Below, one piece after another: positions 1-9,188 of a stretch of 64,000 bases of DNA (position 1 is the first letter of the stretch; each line of letters begins with the position of its first letter). The position numbers were made by a program, and so were the translations under genes. The stretch spans positions 148,117 to 212,116 of the forward strand of contig JBFGJG010000001.1 in the NCBI GenBank assembly GCA_041577295.1, in the 5' to 3' direction. The notes under the pieces were generated by a model that had not been told where the DNA came from, did not search any database, and saw only the letters and a program-made list of their open reading frames with translations. This stretch comes from Gemmatimonadales bacterium (lineage in GTDB: Bacteria; Gemmatimonadota; Gemmatimonadetes; Gemmatimonadales; GWC2-71-9).

Positions 1-1536
1 TGTCCAGTGCACGGAGAGTTCGTCGACACGCTTTCCATCGACGCGAAGTTCAGTGAGCTGATCGAAGAGCGGTATCCCGGCCGTGATTTCCGCACAGCGG
101 AAGACGCGTTGATTCATCGGCACGGGACGTCGTCCATTCGCTACGGGCGCGGCGCGGTGCTCACGATCGACCTGACCAACCGCTGCAACATGATGTGCAA
201 TCCCTGCTTTATGGATGCCAACCAAGTGGGGTATGTGCACGAGCTGAGCATGGACGACATTAAGGAGATTTTGGACGCCTCTATTTCGTTCAAGCCACGG
301 CGCCAGATGTCCGTGCAGTTCTCGGGTGGTGAGCCCACCATGTCACCCTACTTCCTCGAAGCGTGTGCGTATGCTAAGGAGGTTGGGTACTACACAGTTC
401 AGGCGGCCACTAACGGATTGCGCTTTGCGCTCGAGCCGGAATACGCGTTCCAGGCCAAGGAAGCCGGTCTCGACATGGCGTACTTCCAGTTCGACGGCGT
501 GACCAACGAAGCGAATCAGCACCGGCAGATCAGCAATCTGTTCGACGCGAAGCAAATGGCTGTCGAGAACATGGCCGCGGCGGGCATCGACATCACGCCC
601 GTAACCACTGTGGTCAACACGATCAACGACGAGCAGGTTGGCCCGATCCTCGATTTCGTCATTCAGAACTCGGACAAGATGGGCGGCGTGTCCTTCCAAC
701 CCGTGTCATTTACAGGACGCGACGAGGACATCAGTGATGAGGACCGGCATCGTCAGCGGTACACAATTTCACACCTGGCGCACGAGCTTTCTCGCTACTA
801 CGGCGGCAAGATCGATCCGTATCGCGACTGGTATCCGCTCGGGGCCATGGGAGCGTTTACCGCCCTTGCCGATCACCTTCGCGGTTCAGAAGTCCCCTTT
901 GGCGGGTTGAACTGCTCATGCCATCCAAATTGCGGTTCGTCCGTCCTCCTCACGGTCAACTCGAAGACCAAGGAGTGGGCGCCGCTCACGCAGTTCTTCA
1001 ATGTGTGGCAATTCATGAAGGACGTGTCGGTCATCTGTGATACTGCGCGTGGCAAGAAGCTGACGGTCGCGCAAGTTGGCATGGCCGTACTGCGTAACTT
1101 CGATCAGTCGAAGGCACCGCCCGGATTCGATCTCGCGGAGTTCGCCAAACTGTTCAACCGCAAGATGGGTGGAGCGTTTACCGGTGGGAAAAAGCCCGAG
1201 CCTCCCGCGTGGAAGCTGATGTGGGTTGGCGGCATGTGGTTCCAGGATCTCTGGACCTACGATTTCCGCCGCACGGAAATGTGCGTGATTCCCTACGCCA
1301 CCCAGGAAGGCGAGATCTCCTTCTGCGCCTACAACACCGGTGTGGGTTGGCGGCAAGTGGTGGAGAACATGCACATGGTCGCGACTACCAAGGATTGGTT
1401 CAAGACGCGAGGTCGGCACAAGATCTACGCGGGGAACCGTCCAATGGATCTCCCGGGCAAGAAGGGTCGGTCGTTGCCCGTGGTCACCGCGGACGTTGGT
1501 GGTGGGAATGGCCACAGCGCCTGTGGGTGCCACTAG
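1..1536 (+). CDS. radical SAM protein, Tes/GDGT-MAS (MJ0619)-like; 5' end probably lies outside the window
   Basis: The frame is open to the window edge. Codons 1-6 encode C-P before the GTG at 7, and 'CPVHGEF' looks like the end of an N-terminal Zn-ribbon. It has the radical-SAM cluster motif 'CNMMCNPC'. The C-terminal block 'GGMWFQDLWTYDFRRTEMCVIPYATQEGEISFCAYN' and the Cys-rich tail 'HSACGCH' resemble the MJ0619/tetraether-synthase family as I recall it; this was not searched. Confidence 0.6.
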   Translation, partial: CPVHGEFVDTLSIDAKFSELIEERYPGRDFRTAEDALIHRHGTSSIRYGRGAVLTIDLTNRCNMMCNPCFMDANQVGYVHELSMDDIKEILDASISFKPRRQMSVQFSGGEPTMSPYFLEACAYAKEVGYYTVQAATNGLRFALEPEYAFQAKEAGLDMAYFQFDGVTNEANQHRQISNLFDAKQMAVENMAAAGIDITPVTTVVNTINDEQVGPILDFVIQNSDKMGGVSFQPVSFTGRDEDISDEDRHRQRYTISHLAHELSRYYGGKIDPYRDWYPLGAMGAFTALADHLRGSEVPFGGLNCSCHPNCGSSVLLTVNSKTKEWAPLTQFFNVWQFMKDVSVICDTARGKKLTVAQVGMAVLRNFDQSKAPPGFDLAEFAKLFNRKMGGAFTGGKKPEPPAWKLMWVGGMWFQDLWTYDFRRTEMCVIPYATQEGEISFCAYNTGVGWRQVVENMHMVATTKDWFKTRGRHKIYAGNRPMDLPGKKGRSLPVVTADVGGGNGHSACGCH

Positions 1537-1620
1537 GTCGGTCGGCGCGGAAGGAGCTGTCACCGACTCAGGAGCCTTGGGGATCGCGTGAACACCGTTC
1601 TTCGAACGGACGGAAAGACG

Positions 1621-1662
1621 GGGCCGGTCGGTTGTTTGCACGTTGAGCACACCGACCGGCCC
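1621..1662 (+). terminator. GC-rich stem-loop between the first two radical SAM genes (possible terminator or attenuator)
   Basis: Perfect 12-bp inverted repeat GGGCCGGTCGGT (1621-1632) / ACCGACCGGCCC (1651-1662) with an 18-nt loop, inside the 206-nt gap 1537-1742. No clear T-tract follows. Confidence 0.3.
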
Positions 1663-1742
1663 TCGCTGTTGATGGCAAAACGGCGCTGTGGTCGCCACGC
1701 TGAGCAGACCACCGCCGTCGCCTTCTCTCGCTCAGGCAGGGA

Positions 1743-3227
1743 GTGCCCGCCATGAAAATGCTACTGGTGCAGCCGCCGCAGGGAACCAGGTTCGGTCTCA
1801 CACGCATCCTGCGCGTCGAACCGCTGGGGTTGGAGTGCGTGGGTGCGGCTGTTCGCGAGCACGGCGTCGATGCCGAGCTCATCGACCTCCGTGTCGATAC
1901 GTGGGAAGGCCTCGACCGTGCACTCGACGACCGACCGGATGTGATTGGGGTGAGCTGCGCGTTCACGACCGATGTGTATCCAACGCTCGAGGTCACCCGC
2001 TTCATCAAAGAGCGCTACCCGGACCTCCCGCTGGTCGTGGGGGGCCACCATGCCTCGCTCGTGCCGGATGACTTCTTCCACACCGACTCCCATGTCGACG
2101 CTGTGGTTATTGGCGAGGGTGAGCAGCCGGCCATCAACATCGTGCAGGCCCTGAAGAACCGGCACCCGATCGATGCCGTCCCGGGGGTCATGACGTGGAA
2201 GAACCGCGAGAACGGCTTCAAGCATCAGCAACTGCGCGCCGGATTCGAGGTGATACCTCAGCCCGATCGATCACTCACGGCCAAGTATCGCGAATGGTAT
2301 CACCACGGCCAGGCAGTGCCGTCGGCCAGCGTCGAAACGTCACGCGGCTGCCCGTTCGACTGCAACTTCTGCAGCGTATGGGTGTTCTACCAGCGCCGTG
2401 CCCGCAGGCGCTCGCCAGAGACCATCGTACGGGAGCTCGAGAACGTCGACGAATACGAAGTCTTCTTCACGGACGACATCGCGTTTCTCCATTACGAGTC
2501 GTACAAGGAGATGGCGGAGCGCATCTTGGCGTCTGGCATGCAAAAGAAGTTCACGTGCGAAACGCGTTGCGACCTCGTCATCAAGTACCGCGACCTGTTC
2601 CCGTTGTGGAAGAAGGCAGGTCTCCACACGGTGTTTCTCGGGGTGGAGAAGATCGATGACGACGGGCTCAAGTCCGTGCGCAAGCGCACCAAAGGCGGGG
2701 CCGACTCCAACGTCGAGGCCATCCGGATCCTGAAGGATGCGGGCATCACGCCGCTGACATCGTTCATCACGGATCCGGCATGGCACGAAGAGGGGTTCGA
2801 TCGGCTGGAGGAATACATCCGGCGCCACGAGCTTCCCAATCCCGCGTTCACCGTGCTCACACCCTTGCCGGGAACGGAGCTGTACACCGAGCGCAAGCAC
2901 GAACTCACGACGCACGACTACGGCTACTATGATGTGATTCACGCCGTGCTGCCAACCACGCTCCCGTTAGAGCGGTTCTATGAACGCCTGGCGCAACTCT
3001 ACGATCTGACCGTCAAGACAACGCGGCTCACGATGCCAATGATGTTCAAGGCGGCGCGGATGGCAATGGATGGGAAGCTGTGGTGCATGCGTCGAGTGTA
3101 CAGTGCCGTGTCGGAAATGCGTCAGCCCAAGGCCTATCTCAAGCCCCCTGTGCGTGTTCTGGCGCCAAGTCGCAACGGCGACGCGGCGACAACCAACGGG
3201 CGCCGGCTCGCGTCACGCGTTGCCTGA
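1743..3227 (+). CDS. B12-binding domain radical SAM protein (class B radical SAM, methyltransferase-like)
   Basis: The N-terminal Rossmann-like B12-binding region is 'MLLVQPP...PDVIGVSCAF...PLVVGGHHAS'. The radical-SAM motif is 'SRGCPFDCNFCSV'. The start could instead be the ATG at 1752 or 1758. Confidence 0.85.
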   Translation: MPAMKMLLVQPPQGTRFGLTRILRVEPLGLECVGAAVREHGVDAELIDLRVDTWEGLDRALDDRPDVIGVSCAFTTDVYPTLEVTRFIKERYPDLPLVVGGHHASLVPDDFFHTDSHVDAVVIGEGEQPAINIVQALKNRHPIDAVPGVMTWKNRENGFKHQQLRAGFEVIPQPDRSLTAKYREWYHHGQAVPSASVETSRGCPFDCNFCSVWVFYQRRARRRSPETIVRELENVDEYEVFFTDDIAFLHYESYKEMAERILASGMQKKFTCETRCDLVIKYRDLFPLWKKAGLHTVFLGVEKIDDDGLKSVRKRTKGGADSNVEAIRILKDAGITPLTSFITDPAWHEEGFDRLEEYIRRHELPNPAFTVLTPLPGTELYTERKHELTTHDYGYYDVIHAVLPTTLPLERFYERLAQLYDLTVKTTRLTMPMMFKAARMAMDGKLWCMRRVYSAVSEMRQPKAYLKPPVRVLAPSRNGDAATTNGRRLASRVA

Positions 3228-3236
3228 CCTGGGACG

Positions 3237-4046
3237 CTACGAGCAGTCGATGCCCAGTCGGGTCGCGAGCCGCTTCGGATCGTCCCACCTCCTCGGCGCG
3301 AGCCCGAGCACGATGTTCCAAAGGCAGTGGAGCGGTGGCGGGAGGTTGGGAGCCGGACCCGGCGTGTAGAAGCGACCCCAACACTGCTCGTGGTCCCAGG
3401 ACCACCCTTTTCCATCCGGGTGCATCCCCGAGCGAGCAGTATAGGTTGGGCTGTGGCTGAGCAGATAAGGGTGAAGCTCGAACCGCGGCTCGATGGGTCG
3501 GCACGCAATGCGAAGTAGCGCGCATTGATGGTTTCGAAGCGCGGCGGGGGTGTCGGGGTGGAGATCCAACGAGATGTCGGTGATGTCGGCGAGGCCGTGA
3601 CGGTACTCACTCGCGATCGGATGCAGGATGGGATCGTCGAGCGTGACTGGGTGTGCCGTGGTCTGGTATTCCGCGAGACGACGCCCAACGACCCGCGTGA
3701 GTGGCGCTTCGGCGGCAGGCGGTGCCACGATCGTTAGAATCACCTCTGCTGGTGCCCTCGCCTCCGCCGGTGCCAATTTGACGATCGAGTAGCTGGTCGC
3801 GTGCTCCCGGACCACGGGATCCTGAACCGTGCCGCTGATCGCCTCCGAGACGAGGGCCTCGAGGGCTCGGAAGGGGGCTCCGGGGATGGAGGGATCAGGC
3901 TCCCGGCGCACCGTCCAGCGATAGAGCGCAAGTTCAGCGTGCATAGTATGCTGTGGGATCGTGACTGTTCTGCACCGTTCGACCACCGACGCCGGTGTGC
4001 TCGCTAGACTTGCGTCGATCGTCAGAAGGGTGAAGGTTTGCCACAC
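3237..4046 (-). CDS. hypothetical protein (269 aa), opposite strand, wedged between the two B12-radical SAM genes
   Basis: A long ORF with protein-like composition fills the whole gap (9 nt from the stop at 3227, 23 nt from the start at 4070). I recognise no motif. Confidence 0.45.
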   Translation of the reverse strand: MWQTFTLLTIDASLASTPASVVERCRTVTIPQHTMHAELALYRWTVRREPDPSIPGAPFRALEALVSEAISGTVQDPVVREHATSYSIVKLAPAEARAPAEVILTIVAPPAAEAPLTRVVGRRLAEYQTTAHPVTLDDPILHPIASEYRHGLADITDISLDLHPDTPAALRNHQCALLRIACRPIEPRFELHPYLLSHSPTYTARSGMHPDGKGWSWDHEQCWGRFYTPGPAPNLPPPLHCLWNIVLGLAPRRWDDPKRLATRLGIDCS

Positions 4047-4069
4047 CTCTCTCTAACCTAGGAACTGCC

Positions 4070-5671
4070 GTGCGACGTCTTCGGATCGGAATACTCGACC
4101 TGGTCACAAAAGCGCCGACGAAAGCGCTATACGGTCGGCTCATGCACCCGAACCTGGCGAGTATCATGCCCCAGGCGGTCGGCGTCTGGTGCGAAGAAGC
4201 GGGCCACAATGTGACGTTCGTCTGCTTCACCGGCTCAGAAGACCTCCTGCAAGAGCTTCCCGCGGACATGGACGTCCTGTTTATCGGCGCCTTCAGCCAG
4301 GCTGCGCAGCTGGCCTACGCTGTCAGCAATTTATTCCGGAAGCGCGGCGCTGTGACCGTCCTCGGTGGCCCCCATGCCCGCTGCTACCCCGACGACGCGA
4401 CCAAGTACTTCGATTATGTCGTGGGCTTCACCGATCAGACCATCATCGACGAGATCCTAAAGGACTGTAGCCCCCATCGACCGGTTGGCCTTCACCTGAC
4501 CGCCAAGAAGCAGCCGCAGTACCTGCCGGGGGTCCGAGAACGGTGGCGCTTCATTGAGCCGACGCTCGCCAAGTCGCCGACGAACATCAAGGGCGTTCCC
4601 ATGATCGGGAGTCTCGGGTGCCCGTATACCTGCAGCTTCTGTATCGATTCCGTCGTCGACTATCAGCCGCTGGATTATGACCAGATCCGTGAGGATCTAC
4701 GCTTTCTGATTGGCAAGATGCCAAATGCGTGGGTGGGATGGCACGATCCCAATTTTGGTGTGCGCTTCGATGACTACATGTCGGCCATCGAAGATGCCAT
4801 CCGTCCGGGAACCCTGACGTTTGCGGCCGAAAGCAGCCTGTCCCTTCTCAAAGAAGCGAATCTCAAGCGCCTCGCGGCGGCAGGCTTCAGGGTCATGCTC
4901 CCAGGGATCGAGTCATGGTACAGCCTCGGTGGCAAGTCCAAAACCGGGCGCAAGACTGGGATGGACAAGGTCCGGCAGGTGTCCGATCACGTCAACCTGA
5001 TTATGTCGTACATCCCATACGTTCAGACGAACTTCGTGCTAGGCCTCGACGTGGATGAGGGCGAGGAGCCGTTTGAATTGACCAAACGTTTCATCGATCT
5101 GACGCCCGGTGCATTTCCGGGATATTCCCTGCTCTCCGCCTTCGGTGAGGCGGCGCCGCTCAATCTCGAATTTCAGAAGGCGGATCGGGTACTGCCCTTC
5201 CCATTCCACTTCCTGAACAACAATCAGGCGATGAACGTCAAGCCCAAGAACTACGAATGGAAGACGTTCTACGATCACGTCATCGACCTGACCCAGTACT
5301 CGTTCTCGTGGAAGAACATCGTGCGGCGGGCCAGGGGGACACAGCGCGGCTTTGCCACGTGGGTGAACCTTCTCCGGGCGGTGTCTTCGGAAGGCTTCGG
5401 TCGCATCAAATACTACAAGACGGTGCGACGGCTGCTCGACACGGACAAGTCGGTGCAGCGCTTTTTTGCCGGGGAAGCCACGACCGATATTCCATCCTTC
5501 TATGTCGATCGCATGAAGAGCGATCTCGGGCCACTGTGGGAGCACCTGCCAGAGGGCGCCTTACACCACGACCCCAACGCCTATCTCAAAAAGATGAACG
5601 GTCGGGCTCCTGCGGTAACTCCGGAATCGGATCTCCAGAAGACTCCTGCGTTGGGTCGGGCCTCTGCCTGA
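4070..5671 (+). CDS. B12-binding-like domain radical SAM protein (second class-B-type radical SAM)
   Basis: The N-terminal region is 'RIGILDL...DVLFIGAFSQAA...VTVLGGPHA'. The radical-SAM motif is 'GSLGCPYTCSFCID'. Confidence 0.8.
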   Translation: MRRLRIGILDLVTKAPTKALYGRLMHPNLASIMPQAVGVWCEEAGHNVTFVCFTGSEDLLQELPADMDVLFIGAFSQAAQLAYAVSNLFRKRGAVTVLGGPHARCYPDDATKYFDYVVGFTDQTIIDEILKDCSPHRPVGLHLTAKKQPQYLPGVRERWRFIEPTLAKSPTNIKGVPMIGSLGCPYTCSFCIDSVVDYQPLDYDQIREDLRFLIGKMPNAWVGWHDPNFGVRFDDYMSAIEDAIRPGTLTFAAESSLSLLKEANLKRLAAAGFRVMLPGIESWYSLGGKSKTGRKTGMDKVRQVSDHVNLIMSYIPYVQTNFVLGLDVDEGEEPFELTKRFIDLTPGAFPGYSLLSAFGEAAPLNLEFQKADRVLPFPFHFLNNNQAMNVKPKNYEWKTFYDHVIDLTQYSFSWKNIVRRARGTQRGFATWVNLLRAVSSEGFGRIKYYKTVRRLLDTDKSVQRFFAGEATTDIPSFYVDRMKSDLGPLWEHLPEGALHHDPNAYLKKMNGRAPAVTPESDLQKTPALGRASA

Positions 5672-6419
5672 TCGCCGCTAGCTGAGCCCGAATCGCTTCA
5701 ACGATACGGTCGACGATGGCCTGAGCCGTCTCGCGCGACCGCGGTCCGTCTAACAGATCGGAGTAATCGACGGGTGGCCCGTATGCCACGCGAATCCGCT
5801 TGAAGAAGCGTGGGACAACCGATCCGATGGGCAGCACGTCCTGCATGCCATCGATCGCCACGGGGATCACCCTCGGTCGCGTGCCCAGAATGACCAGCCC
5901 CGCTCCCGGCCGGCCCCTCCCCACCGACCCGTCCCGTGTTCGGGTCCCCTCCGGAAAGACCGTCATGACGCCAGCCGGCAGAACCTGGAGCATACGATGG
6001 AGCGCATGCAAATCCCGGCGGCCCTCCTTGATCGGAATACACTTCCAGTTGTCCGCGAGCCAGCGCAGGGCAGGTGTCCGATAGAAATTCTCCTCCGCGG
6101 CGGGGTTCCAGGGGAGGAGATGGGGTTTCCAAAGCGATCGCGGGAAATAGGCGAGCAAGCCCACGAGGAAGCTGTCGATCATGGACTGATGGTTCGATAG
6201 CAGCAGCGTGTTCGGCTCATCATCGATGTTCTCGAGCCCGGTCACGGTCGTACGATTGAAGACGCGAAACAGCACCCAAAACACCGCGACCGTGAAATTG
6301 GTCAGGAAATACGCCGTGATCGGCCAAAGAAGCCGGAAGAGGCTCCCCCGCCGTGGCGGGGCATGCTTACGGAGGCGCTCGGTGATTCCTCGGGCGCGGC
6401 TCCGAACCGTTGACGTCAA
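5586..6419 (-). CDS. plsC: 1-acyl-sn-glycerol-3-phosphate acyltransferase family protein (PlsC-like)
   Basis: It has the HX4D acyltransferase motif 'NHQSMIDS', the 'FPEGTRTRDG' motif and an N-terminal TM segment. Its 3' end overlaps the convergent radical SAM gene by 86 nt. Confidence 0.8.
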   Translation of the reverse strand: MTSTVRSRARGITERLRKHAPPRRGSLFRLLWPITAYFLTNFTVAVFWVLFRVFNRTTVTGLENIDDEPNTLLLSNHQSMIDSFLVGLLAYFPRSLWKPHLLPWNPAAEENFYRTPALRWLADNWKCIPIKEGRRDLHALHRMLQVLPAGVMTVFPEGTRTRDGSVGRGRPGAGLVILGTRPRVIPVAIDGMQDVLPIGSVVPRFFKRIRVAYGPPVDYSDLLDGPRSRETAQAIVDRIVEAIRAQLAAIRQRPDPTQESSGDPIPELPQEPDRSSF

Positions 6420-6507
6420 ACCAGTCCCCCCGGAAAACCCGCCACAATGATGCCTGGCGCCAGTTCCGCCCGCAACCCACGAGAACCCCTGGGTTTAGTG
6501 GGCAAGT

Positions 6508-7833
6508 TCAGGTCAGAAACAGGTAACGGAGTACGAAGAGCACCGCGAAGACTGTGATCAACGAGGGAACTTCCTGGATCTTTCCACGAACGGCCTTGAG
6601 CAGCGTATACGAGATGAACCCAAACGCGATGCCTTCAGTAATGCTGAAGGTCAGGGGCATCACGATCATCGTGAGAAAAGCGGGAAGCGCCTCCGCGACG
6701 TCGCTCCAATCTACCCGCGCCACACTCTTGACCATGTAGCTCCCCACGACGATCAATGCCGGCGCCACGATGGGGTACAGCACCTGTCCGTCGCCAAGCG
6801 GCACACCGCGCCCGATCATCCCCACCAACGGCGCGAAGAACAGGGCAAAGAGAAACATTACGGCAGTGACCAGGCTGGCCAATCCCGTTCGGCCACCCGC
6901 GGTGACCCCGGCAGCACTTTCGACGTAGCTGGTTACGGTAGACGTCCCCATGAGGGACCCCGTGACCGTGCCAACGGCGTCTGACAGGAGTGCTTGCCGC
7001 GCCCGAGGCAGTGTGCCATCGTCGCGCACGAGCCCAGCCTCTTGTGTCACGCCGATCAGCGTTCCCACCGTATCGAAGAGGTCGAGAAAGAAGAACACGA
7101 AGATGACAGCAACCATTTCGATGCGGAACACGCCGAGCACGTCCAGACCGAACAACGTCGGCGTCAGTGAGGGCGGACGGCCCACGATCCCCTGAAACTC
7201 CACGAGACCGGTGACGAGTGCCGCGGTCAGCGTCGTCAGGATTCCTGCGAGGATCGCCGCACGGACGCGCCAGGCCAGCAGCACGGCGGTGACGATGAGT
7301 CCGAGCACCGTCAGCAGCGTGGCCGGACTCCGCAGGTCACCGAGCTGGACCAGCGTGCCGGGACTATCGACCACGATTCCGCCCCACTCGAAGCCCACCA
7401 AGGCAATGAGGAGCCCGATGCCCGCCGCGATACCGTTGCGCAGGGCTGCGGGGACCGCGTTGACCAGACGCTCTCGAAACCCGACAAACGCCAGGAGAAT
7501 GAACAAACAGCCCGATACAAAGATGGCTCCGAGCGCTTGTTGCCACGCGTATCCGAGCCCCCCTACTACGGTGTACGTGAAAAAGAAGTTGTGGCCCATA
7601 CCGGGAGCGAGCGCGATTGGGTAGTTCGCAAGCACGCCCATGAGCAACGTGGCGAGAGCGCTCGCGAGACAGGTCGCGACCATCACAGCCCCGGCGTCCA
7701 TCCCCGCAGCTCCCAACACCACCGGTTGGACGAAGATGATGTACGACATAGTGAAAAACGTCGTGGCGCCGGCCACAATCTCGCGCCGGATAGTGGTCTG
7801 GTGCTGTTCAAGCCGGAACAACGGTTCGATCAT
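6508..7833 (-). CDS. NCS2 family purine permease (AzgA/PbuG-type adenine/guanine/hypoxanthine permease)
   Basis: The N-terminus 'FRLEQHQTTIRREIVAGATTFFTMSYIIFVQP' is typical of the family, and the protein is polytopic. I chose the ATG at 7833, which forms an ATGA overlap with the recQ stop, over the ORF-track start at 7893. Confidence 0.85.
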   Translation of the reverse strand: MIEPLFRLEQHQTTIRREIVAGATTFFTMSYIIFVQPVVLGAAGMDAGAVMVATCLASALATLLMGVLANYPIALAPGMGHNFFFTYTVVGGLGYAWQQALGAIFVSGCLFILLAFVGFRERLVNAVPAALRNGIAAGIGLLIALVGFEWGGIVVDSPGTLVQLGDLRSPATLLTVLGLIVTAVLLAWRVRAAILAGILTTLTAALVTGLVEFQGIVGRPPSLTPTLFGLDVLGVFRIEMVAVIFVFFFLDLFDTVGTLIGVTQEAGLVRDDGTLPRARQALLSDAVGTVTGSLMGTSTVTSYVESAAGVTAGGRTGLASLVTAVMFLFALFFAPLVGMIGRGVPLGDGQVLYPIVAPALIVVGSYMVKSVARVDWSDVAEALPAFLTMIVMPLTFSITEGIAFGFISYTLLKAVRGKIQEVPSLITVFAVLFVLRYLFLT

Positions 7834-9104
7834 GTTTTCCCCGTGCGCGGGCCACGCCTCAAGCGGCGCAGCAACCCCTGCGTTGAGTTGCACCAGTCAC
7901 ACCCATGGCACCGCACGCCCTGCTCACCGAGGTAGCTCAACAGCAGCCGGCGACGGCACCGGGCCGCGGTCAAGTACGCGCGCATCGTCTCGAGCCCCCG
8001 ACCCGCCCCCTCACTCCCCATTCCTCCACTCGCGATTGCGCGCCGCGCCAGGCGTCCGGCGAGCCGCAGGTCGCCCTCGAGCCAGAACAGAGCACACTGT
8101 GCCAGCTGACCGTCACGCCCGGCGCGTCCCGCCTCCTGATAGTACGACTCGGGCCGTAGCGGGATGCCGAGGTGGACCACGAGGCGCACATCGGGACGGT
8201 CGATGCCCATACCAAATGCGCTTGTCGCGACGACGAAGCGGAGGCGACCATCGCGAAAGCGTGCGAGGATAGAACGGCGTGCTCTGCTAGGCAAACCCGC
8301 ATGGTATGGCACGACCGGCAAATCCCACCGGCGGAGGAGCGCCGCTACACCGTCAGCCCGGTTGCGTGTCGGCACGTAGATGATGGCCGCGCCGCCCCGC
8401 AAGGCCTCGAGCAGGCGGGAAACCTCCGTGATGCGCTCCAAATTGCTCGCAAAACGGCGAACCCAAAACCGCAAGTTGGGACGGTCGAACGACTGCACAA
8501 TCGTAACTGGACGACGCAATCGCAGGACCCGGGCGATGTCCGTCCGGGTAGCAGGGCTCGCTGTGGCGGTCAAGGCCATCGTGGGCGGCCGACCCAGCAG
8601 CTCCAGCGTGCGCCCGATCGCACGATATGGCGGTCGAAACTGATGACCCCACTCGCTTATGCAATGGGCCTCATCTACCGCAACTAGCGAAATGGGCATG
8701 CCGCGGAGCTCGTCGGTTGCCGAGCGGAGACGCTCGGGAGAGATGTAGAGCAGCTTGAGCTGTCCGGTGCGCGTCGCCCTCCAAACGTGTTGTTGGATCT
8801 GCCGGCGTTGCGTGCTCGCGAGGTAAGCTGCCGCAATGTTTCGTGCGTGGAGAGCAGCCACTTGGTCCTGCATGAGCGAGATCAACGGCGAGACGACGAT
8901 CGTGACGCCACGCATGAGGAGGGACGGAATCTGATAACAGAGCGACTTTCCGCCCCCGGTCGGCAAGACGGCAAGACAGTCTCGTGAATGCAGCGCAGCG
9001 AGGATTGCCCGACGTTGATGATGCCGGAAGTCCCGGTGCTGCCAAACCCCTCGAAGCAGCGATCGAGCCGCTGTGAGCTGCGCGTTCCGGTTCTCTCGAA
9101 TCAC
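7830..9104 (-). CDS. recQ: RecQ family ATP-dependent DNA helicase (short form, no HRDC)
   Basis: It has Walker A 'LPTGGGKSLCYQIP', the DEAH box 'DEAHCISEWGHQFRP' and a C-terminal Zn-binding 'CRRRLLLSYLGE..CHGCDWC'. Confidence 0.9.
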   Translation of the reverse strand: MIRENRNAQLTAARSLLRGVWQHRDFRHHQRRAILAALHSRDCLAVLPTGGGKSLCYQIPSLLMRGVTIVVSPLISLMQDQVAALHARNIAAAYLASTQRRQIQQHVWRATRTGQLKLLYISPERLRSATDELRGMPISLVAVDEAHCISEWGHQFRPPYRAIGRTLELLGRPPTMALTATASPATRTDIARVLRLRRPVTIVQSFDRPNLRFWVRRFASNLERITEVSRLLEALRGGAAIIYVPTRNRADGVAALLRRWDLPVVPYHAGLPSRARRSILARFRDGRLRFVVATSAFGMGIDRPDVRLVVHLGIPLRPESYYQEAGRAGRDGQLAQCALFWLEGDLRLAGRLARRAIASGGMGSEGAGRGLETMRAYLTAARCRRRLLLSYLGEQGVRCHGCDWCNSTQGLLRRLRRGPRTGKT

Positions 9105-9188
9105 ACTCGAGGGATAGCGGTGATTGGGGTGCGTGTGCGTACCAAACGCACTCGCCTTGGGGAGAATCTTCGCGGAAGGAGGTGAACC

